The translations under genes and the position numbers were made by a program. A model generated the notes under the pieces. The model had not been told where the DNA came from. It saw only the letters and a program-made list of their open reading frames with translations, and ran no database searches. From NCBI GenBank assembly GCA_023133595.1, contig JAGLWF010000005.1, forward strand, positions 29,640 through 93,639: DNA of 64,000 nucleotides, given 5' to 3'. The first letter of the stretch is position 1. The number at the start of each line of letters is the position of its first letter. Origin of the DNA: Nanobdellota archaeon (lineage in GTDB: Archaea > Nanobdellota > Nanobdellia > Woesearchaeales > WJKV01). This document shows, piece after piece, positions 28,135-37,607 of this stretch.

Positions 28135-29247
28135 ATGGATGCGAAAAAGTTAGTCCAAAAATATCTCACTCTTGCAGATATCCAGATAAATGGAAAGAGA
28201 CTGTGGGATATCCAGGTCCACAACCCCAAATTATATACCAGAGTCTTGGCAGGAGGTTCTCTTGCTCTAGGTGAATCTTATATGGACGGATGGTGGGACT
28301 GCAAAGCGCTTGATGAATTCTTCTACAGGATCCTGAAAAGCAGGCTGGACAAGAAAGTCAAGGATTGGAAACAGCTTATAGCCAGTGTAATCAAAGCAAA
28401 GATAGTGAACCTGCAAAGCAGGACAAAAGCTTATGAAATCGGAAAGAGGCATTATGACATTGGCAACGACTTATACAAGAACATGCTGGACAAGCGGATG
28501 GTCTACAGCTGTGGATATTGGAAGAATGCAAAGATTCTTGATAAAGCACAAGAGGTAAAATTAGATTTGATATGCAAAAAACTAGGACTAAAACCAGGAA
28601 TGAAAATCTTAGATATTGGCTGTGGCTGGGGCAGTCTGGCAAAATATGCTGCAGAAAAATATAAAGTGAAAGTAGTAGGTATCACTATTTCTAGAGAACA
28701 AGCGAAATTAGCTCGTGAAATGTGCAAAGGACTTTCTGTCGAGATTCGGTTGCAGGATTATCGAAAATTAAGAGAAAAGTTTGATCGCATTGTCTCTGTC
28801 GGCATGTTCGAGCATGTCGGATATAAAAATTACAAGACATACATGGAAGTTGTCAGCCGTTGCCTGAAACCAAATGGTTTGTTCTTGCTGCACACAATCG
28901 CAGGAAACACTTCTGCAAAAACAACAGATCCTTGGATCAGCAAATACATTTTTCCAAATTCAATGCTTCCTTCTGCAAAACAGATCACAACAGCATATGA
29001 AGGATTATTCATACTCGAAGACTGGCACAGTTTTGGAATAGATTATGATAAAACTTTAATGGCTTGGTACAAGAATTTCACAAAGACCTGGAGCAAGATA
29101 AAAAAAGATTATGACACTCGTTTCTATCGCATGTGGGAATATTATCTGCTTGCTTGCGCAGGAACATTCAGGTCTGGAGATAACCAACTCTGGCAGATTG
29201 TACTTTCAAAGGGTGGGGTAAAAAACGGTTATAAAAGTATACGTTAA
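28135..29247 (+). CDS. cfa: Cyclopropane-fatty-acyl-phospholipid synthase family SAM methyltransferase.
   Basis: N-terminal LAGGSLALGESYMDGWWDC, SAM motif ILDIGCGWGSLAKYAAEKY, and DRIVSVGMFEHVG. Confidence 0.8.
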   Translation: MDAKKLVQKYLTLADIQINGKRLWDIQVHNPKLYTRVLAGGSLALGESYMDGWWDCKALDEFFYRILKSRLDKKVKDWKQLIASVIKAKIVNLQSRTKAYEIGKRHYDIGNDLYKNMLDKRMVYSCGYWKNAKILDKAQEVKLDLICKKLGLKPGMKILDIGCGWGSLAKYAAEKYKVKVVGITISREQAKLAREMCKGLSVEIRLQDYRKLREKFDRIVSVGMFEHVGYKNYKTYMEVVSRCLKPNGLFLLHTIAGNTSAKTTDPWISKYIFPNSMLPSAKQITTAYEGLFILEDWHSFGIDYDKTLMAWYKNFTKTWSKIKKDYDTRFYRMWEYYLLACAGTFRSGDNQLWQIVLSKGGVKNGYKSIR

Positions 29248-30098
29248 TCCTCTAAACTCTTAAATTCTTTTAACTTTTTCCAAGGGATGTTGTTTTTCTC
29301 AAAGATTTCCTTCAACCGGATCTTGTCTTTGCCAGAAAGACCTTTCCATTCCATGACAGCAATGGTTGCTTTTGGTTCTGTTTTCTCGAAAGCCTGAAGA
29401 ATAGTCTCTTCTTTCACATCTGCAACAGCATACTTTGGCATGATATGCCCAACAGCTACATTATCCGCGTATTCATCGCGCGAGAACACAGGAGCGTAAT
29501 GCGGACCGCCGAATCCGACTGCGACTGAAACTTCTTTTCCCTTATTATTCTTATTGTCATCATTCGCAGTAAGAATGCATTTGCAGACAAAACGCACAGC
29601 ATCCATATCATTCCATTCAACTTCAGAAGCACCGACTTCGACAAACATGATAGGCGCATTCATTGAACTCGGACCGTGATGCGTCACTTCATAACTCTTC
29701 TGGTATTCTTTGCTTGGATATTTTTTTAACTCTTTCAGCATGTTTCTAAGATAAAGTGCAGGTGCAACAGCTAATTCTTCATCCTTGCCACCTAGTCCAG
29801 CTTCGAGCCAGTTTCCAGGGGAATGACAGGAAAGCAGCTTGACCCCTCCTTCTGATTTATGGGACGAAGCAACAATATATATCTCAGGAGGCTCTTCAAA
29901 ATATTCATTCACATGTTCAATCGGAATGACATTACTATTCAAGGTGACAAGAACAAAATCATCTTTTCTATACACAGGATTATCATCAACAACCTGTTCA
30001 GTCTTGACAAATCCTAGCTCTTCTACAAACACTTTGAACATGTTCATAGAAGCAATATTTTCTTTTGCAGTGATTATGACTTTCATTCCATTCCCCAT
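29244..30098 (-). CDS. dtdA: D-aminoacyl-tRNA deacylase, archaeal DtdA type.
   Basis: Motifs NPVY, SSHKSEGG, VTHHGPS, GFGGPHYAP and GHIMPKYA match the DtdA family. The likely start is the Met at 30086. Confidence 0.7.
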   Translation of the reverse strand: MGNGMKVIITAKENIASMNMFKVFVEELGFVKTEQVVDDNPVYRKDDFVLVTLNSNVIPIEHVNEYFEEPPEIYIVASSHKSEGGVKLLSCHSPGNWLEAGLGGKDEELAVAPALYLRNMLKELKKYPSKEYQKSYEVTHHGPSSMNAPIMFVEVGASEVEWNDMDAVRFVCKCILTANDDNKNNKGKEVSVAVGFGGPHYAPVFSRDEYADNVAVGHIMPKYAVADVKEETILQAFEKTEPKATIAVMEWKGLSGKDKIRLKEIFEKNNIPWKKLKEFKSLED

Positions 30099-31777
30099 TT
30101 GGAAGCACTATTTAAAACTGTAGCTTTTTCTCGAGTTATTAGATATAATTCTGGAGATGAGATCTCTTTTGGGTCAAAGTTTGGAACAGCCATCAATGGC
30201 ACGCCTACATGAGTTTTATTAGAGATATTTGTGATATCATCGAGTCCCATGAACTTTCCAAACTCGTAAGCAGAGTAACAAGTATTACAAAAGTGAACAT
30301 TTTCAGTCAGATAGCTTCCGATATAAGTAACTTCATCTTTTGTTCTATGATCAAGCCCGACTTCAGCATTATTTATCAGCACGATATAATGGTCGTACAT
30401 TCCGCAATAGCTTCCTTCTTTTTTCACTGCTTCTGTTGTGCACTTCAATGATCCCCATGATAAGCAGGAAAGATCATTCTCCCTGCTGATCCGATTGATG
30501 CTCACATCCTTACGAAGCTCGTTGAATCCAGGCATTGAGAAGATGCCATTCGCATGCTTCTCAACATGAAGTGCAAACTTGGCAAAGTCTGTGTAATCAA
30601 CAGGCACGAATAGGATATTAAACTTATTCTTCTCTTCTTCAACACAGATCCTGTTTGCAATTGCATATTTTCCCAACCGAGTTATATCTGCAATAAGATA
30701 GTCTCCTTCAATGCGGGAATCAATTATTCCCCATTCTGTTCCATCAAAGAACATCAATATTGGATCATAAGAATTTTTAGTGTTCAGGAACATTGTTCCT
30801 TCTCCGAATTCGTGTTCTGTTGAAAATTCAAACATATCAGTGAAATCAAATCCAGTCTCGTTCGCAGAAACTCTATCGATTTTTATCCGCTTTGGTATCC
30901 GTGTTGAGATAGAAACAGGAACTTTATTCTCTTCGACAAGAACAAATGTGTAAAACTCAGTCTTGTCATCTTTCTTATAGCAGCCTTCGATATAATTGTC
31001 ATCAGTAAGCTGGAATATTAATTTTTTATCTTCACCAGCATGCCTCATCACAACTTTTCCTGGCTTGGCAGGAACTAGATACTTTATCCCATTCCGGAAT
31101 TCAAAAATATCAATGATATCTTCCATCTTTGTGTTGAAAAAGAATTGCAGGATACTATTGCCAACCATATAATCATTATCATTCACAACATACTTGATAT
31201 TATCTCCGACACAGCCAATTATTTCAATATTCAAGGCCTTATCCAGGAGAAAGTCAACATCAAGAGCAACATCGTGGGAAACAATATCAGACACTTTAAG
31301 ATAAAGTTCATTCAGGCGAAGAGGAAATATGACACGAAACTTCTCTTCAGATATAGTAAGATCTTTTTGTTTTATTGTGAGAGGCCATTCGACCTCTGCA
31401 ATGAAGTTTTCTTTTTGCACTTTGACAGATGAATTAATCTCACCAGGAATCACTTCAAATTCCTGGAAAGCGTCAAAGTTCGCGCACAAAGCAACATTAT
31501 CATTGAGATAGTCTGAGATGATCGTCTCAATCTCTTCGATTGCTGGTAGCTTTTTTTCTTCTGCTTCTGCTGCAGCCTGGATCAATGCGACCATTGCCTG
31601 TTGTTCGATACAATTGTCAACATACGGCCTGACATTCATCACAGAAGCTGAGAAATGTTCAACCTTTTCTGCTTCTGCGCCTGCTTTTGGAGCATACACA
31701 AGATACAAAACTATTCCAGCTACAACAACAAGAATCAATCCGATCACAATAAAAACTGTTACTTGACCTCTTTTCAT
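30083..31777 (-). CDS. Large protein (564 aa) with a class III prepilin-like signal: MKRGQVTVFIVIGLILVVVAGIV. Paralog 3, lying outside the operon.
   Basis: N-terminus is near-identical to paralogs 1 and 2. The post-TM YVDNCIEQQA region resembles their F[IV]EEC region. Confidence 0.65.
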   Translation of the reverse strand: MKRGQVTVFIVIGLILVVVAGIVLYLVYAPKAGAEAEKVEHFSASVMNVRPYVDNCIEQQAMVALIQAAAEAEEKKLPAIEEIETIISDYLNDNVALCANFDAFQEFEVIPGEINSSVKVQKENFIAEVEWPLTIKQKDLTISEEKFRVIFPLRLNELYLKVSDIVSHDVALDVDFLLDKALNIEIIGCVGDNIKYVVNDNDYMVGNSILQFFFNTKMEDIIDIFEFRNGIKYLVPAKPGKVVMRHAGEDKKLIFQLTDDNYIEGCYKKDDKTEFYTFVLVEENKVPVSISTRIPKRIKIDRVSANETGFDFTDMFEFSTEHEFGEGTMFLNTKNSYDPILMFFDGTEWGIIDSRIEGDYLIADITRLGKYAIANRICVEEEKNKFNILFVPVDYTDFAKFALHVEKHANGIFSMPGFNELRKDVSINRISRENDLSCLSWGSLKCTTEAVKKEGSYCGMYDHYIVLINNAEVGLDHRTKDEVTYIGSYLTENVHFCNTCYSAYEFGKFMGLDDITNISNKTHVGVPLMAVPNFDPKEISSPELYLITREKATVLNSASKWGME

Positions 31778-31818
31778 TAAATTATGCTACAGAAAAACAG
31801 TTTAAAAACCTATGCTTT

Positions 31819-31926
31819 TTAATTCGGCCTGCAACGATCGCAGTATTGTCTGAGTTTATGTTGCACCCGAAAGCGTTTCCCGCACCCCTTGCATGCCTTG
31901 AATTGTTTATAGTTTTTCTTCCCCAT
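31819..31926 (-). CDS. Small C4 zinc-ribbon protein (35 aa): MGKKNYKQFKACKGCGKRFRVQHKLRQYCDRCRPN.
   Basis: Manual translation. Below the ORF-track size cutoff. CxxC...CxxC. TATA (CATATATAAATAA on the minus strand) 20-30 nt upstream. Confidence 0.45.
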   Translation of the reverse strand: MGKKNYKQFKACKGCGKRFRVQHKLRQYCDRCRPN

Positions 31927-32033
31927 CTTTTTTCTACTACAGCGTAGTTATTTATATATGTTTTGATTTTGTAGTGACTATTTCAGGCATATCAGTAAAG
32001 TTTTTAAATACCTAAACTCCCCATATCCGTATC

Positions 32034-32729
32034 ATGGGGTATCCAGAGCATATAGCTATAATTCTTGACGGCAATAGACGATTCGCTAAAAAGCTGATGA
32101 CCCAGCCTTGGAAAGGCCACGAATGGGGTGCAGGAAAAGTCAGGAAAGTATGCAACTGGGCAAGAGAAATCGGTATCAAAAAATTGACATTATGGGGATT
32201 TTCCACTGATAATTTCAACAGGCCTAAAAGAGAGTTTGACTACATCATCAAAGTCTTTGACAAGGAGATAGAATATCTGCTTAATGATCCAGAAGTTGTA
32301 AAGAATAAAATCAACATCAGGTTTATCGGAAAGATAGAGATGTTTCCAGAATCTCTTCAGGAAAAAATGAAGAAGCTCATGGAAAAAACAAAAGATCACA
32401 ATAAATTTCAGATTTACATTGCCTTGGCATACGGTGGAAAACCAGAATTGATTGATGCCTGCCAAAAGCTTGCAACTGATGTCCAGCTGGGAAAACTCAA
32501 GCCCGAAGAGATAAACGAGGATAAATTCGAAGAATATCTCTACATGCGTGATGCTCCAGACCTTATCATAAGGACAGGAGGGGATCACAGAACTTCAGGT
32601 TTCTTGCCATGGCAGGGAGCATATTCAGAATATCTTTTCATGGACAAATGCTGGCCAGAGTTTGAAAAAGAGGACCTTCTTAATGCTATCAACGAGTTTT
32701 CTGAAAGAGAAAGAAGATTCGGCAAATAA
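32034..32729 (+). CDS. uppS: Undecaprenyl (polyprenyl) diphosphate synthase, cis-prenyltransferase.
   Basis: HIAIILDGNRRFAKK...WGFSTDNFNRP...RTGGDHRTSGFLPWQ. Confidence 0.9.
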   Translation: MGYPEHIAIILDGNRRFAKKLMTQPWKGHEWGAGKVRKVCNWAREIGIKKLTLWGFSTDNFNRPKREFDYIIKVFDKEIEYLLNDPEVVKNKINIRFIGKIEMFPESLQEKMKKLMEKTKDHNKFQIYIALAYGGKPELIDACQKLATDVQLGKLKPEEINEDKFEEYLYMRDAPDLIIRTGGDHRTSGFLPWQGAYSEYLFMDKCWPEFEKEDLLNAINEFSERERRFGK

Positions 32730-32736
32730 ATAAGAG

Positions 32737-33882
32737 TTGAGATTCATGTACGATGTCATAATTGTAGGTGCAGGTCCAGCTGGATTAATGGCTGCGAGGC
32801 AATTGAAAGGTCTTAATTTTCTATGTATTGATAAAAAAAAGAAGATAGGGCATCCGTTGCAATGCGGAGAAGGAGTGAGAGAGAAAGATTTTCTGGATAT
32901 ATTCAATCACTCAAATTATAAATTCATCGAGAAAAGGATCAGGAATCATGCTTTTGCATTCAACAACTACAAGCGTAGGTTCAAACATGGTTATTTCCAG
33001 TTAAATCGGCCGAAGTTTGAAGAATGGCTTGCAGAACCGATAAAAAAGAACATAAAATTGAATATAGAAGTAAAAGACATAAGGATAAAAAAGGATTTTG
33101 TCGAGATAAAGACAAACATAAAGATGTACCAGGCAAAATTATGCATATTGTGCCACGGTCCAAATTTCAAGCTGCAGAAAAAACTAGGTCTGATCAAAAA
33201 CAATCCTCCAATAGGTATATGTTATGGCGGGATTTTCAGGACAAAGCAAAAATTGAACGATGAATTTTTCTATGCTTTTGATAACAAGATCGGTTTAGGA
33301 TACTTCTGGTTGTTTCCAAAGAAAGACAATCTAATAAACATAGGTTTTGGAGGTCTGAACAATCCTAAAAAAAATTTTGATTATTTCAAAAAGAAATTCG
33401 CAAAAGATGCAAGAGCAAAATACATCTACGGAGGGATCATTCCATTGTCAGGTCCGATAGAGAAGACATATGACAATAGAATCCTAGCGTGTGGTGATGC
33501 TGCGGGTTTTGTGTTTGCATTCTCAGGAGAAGGGATAAAATATGCCTTGCTATCAGGAATGTATGCGGGAAAAGTTGCAAAAGAAGCATGCAAAAGACAA
33601 AGATTTGATAGACAATTTCTTGCAAAGTACAAGACATTATGGCAAAGAAAGTTCGGAGAAGAACTGGAAGCTGGTATCCTGCTCCAAGAGATTGCAAAAA
33701 AAGTCATGAGTTATTCAAAAGATCCAAAAAATCTATTGAAGGTTCCGACTAACAGGGAACTGGCAATGGTACTTGACGGAAGAATTCCAAGACGTGTAAG
33801 GCTTGTATTCAAGATATTGAAGATCCAGAATAGAACAATAAAAAATTCATTAAAGTTTATCCTAAAAAAAATATCTTTCTAA
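32737..33882 (+). CDS. FAD-dependent geranylgeranyl reductase family oxidoreductase.
   Basis: Rossmann motif YDVIIVGAGPAGLMAARQL. GGR-like length. Next to the UbiA gene. Confidence 0.7.
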   Translation: MRFMYDVIIVGAGPAGLMAARQLKGLNFLCIDKKKKIGHPLQCGEGVREKDFLDIFNHSNYKFIEKRIRNHAFAFNNYKRRFKHGYFQLNRPKFEEWLAEPIKKNIKLNIEVKDIRIKKDFVEIKTNIKMYQAKLCILCHGPNFKLQKKLGLIKNNPPIGICYGGIFRTKQKLNDEFFYAFDNKIGLGYFWLFPKKDNLINIGFGGLNNPKKNFDYFKKKFAKDARAKYIYGGIIPLSGPIEKTYDNRILACGDAAGFVFAFSGEGIKYALLSGMYAGKVAKEACKRQRFDRQFLAKYKTLWQRKFGEELEAGILLQEIAKKVMSYSKDPKNLLKVPTNRELAMVLDGRIPRRVRLVFKILKIQNRTIKNSLKFILKKISF

Positions 33883-34688
33883 AGCAACCATACTGCAAAG
33901 CCTATCAATACTGTGGCGCACGTAAGATAGAACATTAGTTTTGCTTTCTGCGGCCTGACAAGAGCGATAATATAGAAGAGTACGCTCAAAAGGATGATAG
34001 TGCTTGTCTCTATTCCAAATTTTCCAACCAGAAATGCCAGTAGCGAACAGAATATTGCAAACACAGTTGTAAATATCTGCCCGAACTTTGTTGCGATTGT
34101 TCTGTGCTTCACAATCTTATCATATTTTCGGTCAGCAACTGCTCCCATTGCATGCAGTCCAAGGATGAACAAAAGGAAGACATAAATCTTGAAGGGAATC
34201 AATAGGATTGATTTGTTCAATACAAAAGCCATAGCCAATACGAAAAAGATGATCACAGCATTTGATAAAGAGTCAATGATTGGTAATTCCTTGAATCTTA
34301 TTGGCGATGCTGAATAAAAGTACGATAAGATCAAGACAAGGAAACATAAAAAAATATGGACAAAATTCATGCTGAAGAATGATGTTATCAGCAGAGGTAG
34401 TGCTGCAAAAAAGCTGAGTACGTAAACTGTTTTCAGCTCTTTTTTCTTTAATCGAGCTCCTCCAAGAAAAGATCCTTTCCTTGGATTTAACTTATCACTC
34501 TCATAATCAAAAACATCATTTATCCCAAACAAAAATAAGCAGTAAGGAAACGTGAAAAAGATCAGCTCCAATATTATCAATGGAGTAAGTATGATATCTC
34601 CTGCTAATTTCAGACCGATAAGAAAAACAATGATCGGCGCGATATAAAAAAAAGGACGGCTTATCTTGATAAGCCGCAGAAATTTCAT
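33879..34688 (-). CDS. UbiA-family prenyltransferase, possibly digeranylgeranylglyceryl phosphate synthase.
   Basis: 8-9 TM helices and the Asp-rich motif NDVFDYESDKLNPRK. Confidence 0.65.
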   Translation of the reverse strand: MKFLRLIKISRPFFYIAPIIVFLIGLKLAGDIILTPLIILELIFFTFPYCLFLFGINDVFDYESDKLNPRKGSFLGGARLKKKELKTVYVLSFFAALPLLITSFFSMNFVHIFLCFLVLILSYFYSASPIRFKELPIIDSLSNAVIIFFVLAMAFVLNKSILLIPFKIYVFLLFILGLHAMGAVADRKYDKIVKHRTIATKFGQIFTTVFAIFCSLLAFLVGKFGIETSTIILLSVLFYIIALVRPQKAKLMFYLTCATVLIGFAVWLL

Positions 34689-34690
34689 TT

Positions 34691-35443
34691 TTACTTCTTT
34701 GCTGGAGCCGGGGCTGCTGCTTCTTTCTTCTCGCCAACAACAACAATACCAGCCTCTGTCATTGTCTTCTCAATTATAGTCGGTGGAATCTTTGCTTCGA
34801 CAAGAGCTGCTTTTATCTTTTTAGGCTCTTTGTTCTTATTCAGCGTGATTATTTCTTTTGCTTTGGCTTCCAGCTGTTTTCTTCTCTCTTCAAGATCTGC
34901 CTGCAGTTTCTTCTTCTCTTCTTCTAGTGCTTTCAGTTCTTCTGCTGTAAGCTCTGTCTTTTCTGCTTTGATCTGTTCATCAAATTGACCTTCCTGTATC
35001 GCTTTCAATGCTTCTGGTGCAGTTTTTCCTTCTACAAGAACACCCATGCTCTGGCAAGTCCCCACAATTTCTCTTACTTTTTGTTTTAGATCTTTGCCAA
35101 GAAGCGCATCCTCTTTCATCTTTGCAATCTTAATGATCTGCTCAATCCGTAGATCTGCAACCTTGTCCAATAATGGATTTCCAGAACCTTTTGTAATACC
35201 AGCTTCTTTCTTGATTAGAGCTGCTGCTGGTGGAGTTCCGATCTCAATCTCAAATTCTTTAGTATCAGAATCAACAATGACTTTGATAGGCACCTGCATT
35301 CCTTTGAAGCTTTTTGTTTTTTCATTGATGGCTGCGACTACTTGTCCAATATTGACTTTCAGCGGACCTAGGGCAGGTCCTAGTGGGGGTGCTGCAGTTG
35401 CTTTTCCTCCTTCAATCAAAGCTTCAACAATCTCTTTTGCCAT
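34691..35443 (-). CDS. rpl11: Ribosomal protein L11 with an ~90-aa Lys/Glu-rich C-terminal extension.
   Basis: L11 hallmark PPLGPALGP in the N-terminal 150 aa. The C-terminal KE-rich coiled-coil tail is atypical. Confidence 0.85.
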   Translation of the reverse strand: MAKEIVEALIEGGKATAAPPLGPALGPLKVNIGQVVAAINEKTKSFKGMQVPIKVIVDSDTKEFEIEIGTPPAAALIKKEAGITKGSGNPLLDKVADLRIEQIIKIAKMKEDALLGKDLKQKVREIVGTCQSMGVLVEGKTAPEALKAIQEGQFDEQIKAEKTELTAEELKALEEEKKKLQADLEERRKQLEAKAKEIITLNKNKEPKKIKAALVEAKIPPTIIEKTMTEAGIVVVGEKKEAAAPAPAKK

Positions 35444-35488
35444 CTTCTACTGAAAAAAACTGGCTGGTATTTATAAAGGCTTCGTTCT

Positions 35489-37243
35489 TTGAGGTCTGCT
35501 GAAATCTCCAGCAAAAAGTATATAAAGCCAGGGTATATTGTTCTAAATCATCAAATGGGGGGCCAATTTAAGCTATCAGAGAACACTATTCTTTTCATCA
35601 TATTAGTTATTTTCTCGGCAATTGCATTTTTCTACATCTTGAATTTTTTTACTGAAGGTGAATTCAACACAGGACACCCTCCAGTCTCAACCACATATGA
35701 TAATATTTACCATCCTGCGTTTTCAATTGGAGCATATAAAAGTGGATATCCCCAGTTCTATCCTGAAAACTGGGTTGGAGTCACGGATGCTGTCTCAGTA
35801 TCTCCATTGATGTACTATACTTCGTTATCTTCTTTTATGCATTTGAATACAATAAGTCCGTATGATACTTCTTTGATATATGTCATCATATTGAAAATAT
35901 TCACACTTCTCGGATTTTTTATCATCTTAAGAAAAATATTCAATCTGAATATTGCTCTGATAACACTAGCTTTTTCAGCCATTATTCCTTTTGAATTATT
36001 TTTTCTTTTTATGTTCGGATTCACTTTAGATATCACAGCTGTATTTTTTCTGCCAGCAGCATTCTTTGCATTTTTATTATTAGTTGAAGCAAAAACAAAC
36101 ACGATAAGATATTTATCAGCTGGATTGATTGGTCTTCTGATTGCTGGGTCTTTTCAGAGTCACATTGTTGAATCTTTTTTCTTTACTATCTTTTTAGCAC
36201 TATGTTGCCTATATCTGTTCCAGACAAAAAAAATCAATTTGAGCTACATTAAATCTGGGATTGTTGCGATATGCATCTTCATCTTAGGGATATTCTGGTT
36301 CTATCCTGTCTTTCGTTTTGAAATGCTGAAAATCAAATTAGGATCAGGGTTAATCATCCATGCGTTTAAAGAAGATCCATTTAGATCATATTTTTTTCAT
36401 TTACCCTTTAGTGCTTTATTGATAATCTTGAGCATACTTGGAATATTAATATTTATATCTCAAAGAAAAGATATGCAGAACAAATCATTAAAAAATATTA
36501 TTTTCGTAATTCCATTATTTTGGCTCGCTGTAGTTTTTTCATATAAAATTGGATTTAGTTCTAACTATGTATATCGGACTGGATTCGGGTTCTGGCCGAT
36601 ATTTTATCTCTACATCGCAATTCTGATTGTCGCATTGATCAATATTCTCTTTAAGCAAAAGAGATTTGCAGTGACAGTTATCTGTTGCATAATAATCATT
36701 TCTGGAAGCTGGTGGATGTATAAAACTCCTGGACACCATCAAGGGATGTATAATCCTGAGATGTGGGAATCCATAACATGGATCAGGGATAACACTCCAC
36801 AAAATGCAGTTGTCTTCTCATTAAACCCTTATCACCACGGATTTGAGATGTTCAATGAAAAGATCGCTATGAATGGGGATCTTTTCACAGAGACAAACAG
36901 AAGAAACCTGGAGGCATTATGCCAGGGAAAATATCCTGAAAAATTTGAAAACCAGCATTCAATCACTCCTTCAGTTCACAGGCTAGGATGGAATAAATTC
37001 GAGCAAAAAGAGATCAGTTTCATAGTTGCAGACGGAACAAAAGTATATGTCAATGAATCATATTCCAATGCTTGGCCAGTAACACGTGCGGATTATATCG
37101 TCCTTCAACATCAAGGAATAGAATATAAACCATGCATTGATTTCTTCATAGAAGAGACAAAGAAAAGAGGATTTTCAATCGTATGGCAAAATCAACATTA
37201 TATTATTATGCAAAATGACAACTCAGTTAAAATCATTCATTAA
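35489..37243 (+). CDS. Polytopic membrane protein with a C-terminal soluble domain. GT-C-like (ArnT/PMT/STT3 superfamily) glycosyltransferase candidate.
   Basis: More than 10 TM helices then a ~150-aa soluble domain. No WWDYG motif, so the assignment is weak. Confidence 0.4.
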   Translation: MRSAEISSKKYIKPGYIVLNHQMGGQFKLSENTILFIILVIFSAIAFFYILNFFTEGEFNTGHPPVSTTYDNIYHPAFSIGAYKSGYPQFYPENWVGVTDAVSVSPLMYYTSLSSFMHLNTISPYDTSLIYVIILKIFTLLGFFIILRKIFNLNIALITLAFSAIIPFELFFLFMFGFTLDITAVFFLPAAFFAFLLLVEAKTNTIRYLSAGLIGLLIAGSFQSHIVESFFFTIFLALCCLYLFQTKKINLSYIKSGIVAICIFILGIFWFYPVFRFEMLKIKLGSGLIIHAFKEDPFRSYFFHLPFSALLIILSILGILIFISQRKDMQNKSLKNIIFVIPLFWLAVVFSYKIGFSSNYVYRTGFGFWPIFYLYIAILIVALINILFKQKRFAVTVICCIIIISGSWWMYKTPGHHQGMYNPEMWESITWIRDNTPQNAVVFSLNPYHHGFEMFNEKIAMNGDLFTETNRRNLEALCQGKYPEKFENQHSITPSVHRLGWNKFEQKEISFIVADGTKVYVNESYSNAWPVTRADYIVLQHQGIEYKPCIDFFIEETKKRGFSIVWQNQHYIIMQNDNSVKIIH

Positions 37244-37607
37244 GGAAGAATTCCAGCCATTAGGTATCTTTTTGTTAGGAATAATGTTAGTGATGATACT
37301 ATTATTCATAATCACAGGAGCAAAAAATAGTTTTGCAGATCTGCTTGTCTTAGGAATAGCCGTCTTCTTGTTCTTTGAATTTCCAGGTTATTTCTTTCTA
37401 CATCCATTGAAACTAAATGTCCTAGAAAGAACAGTACTGGCTGCGCCTGTCAGTGTTGCATTCAATACAATCCTGTTTTATTTCATCAGCTCTGCATTCT
37501 TAGTCAGAATCTCAGCCTCATTCATCCTTATATTCATAGTGATTGTTTCACTAGCCGCATTGATCTTAATGTATAAATACTATTACAAAAAAAGAATTAC
37601 GCAGTAG
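37215..37607 (+). CDS. Small membrane protein (130 aa, 4 TM helices).
   Basis: ORF track. Overlaps the previous gene by 29 nt in a different frame. Confidence 0.45.
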   Translation: MTTQLKSFIKEEFQPLGIFLLGIMLVMILLFIITGAKNSFADLLVLGIAVFLFFEFPGYFFLHPLKLNVLERTVLAAPVSVAFNTILFYFISSAFLVRISASFILIFIVIVSLAALILMYKYYYKKRITQ

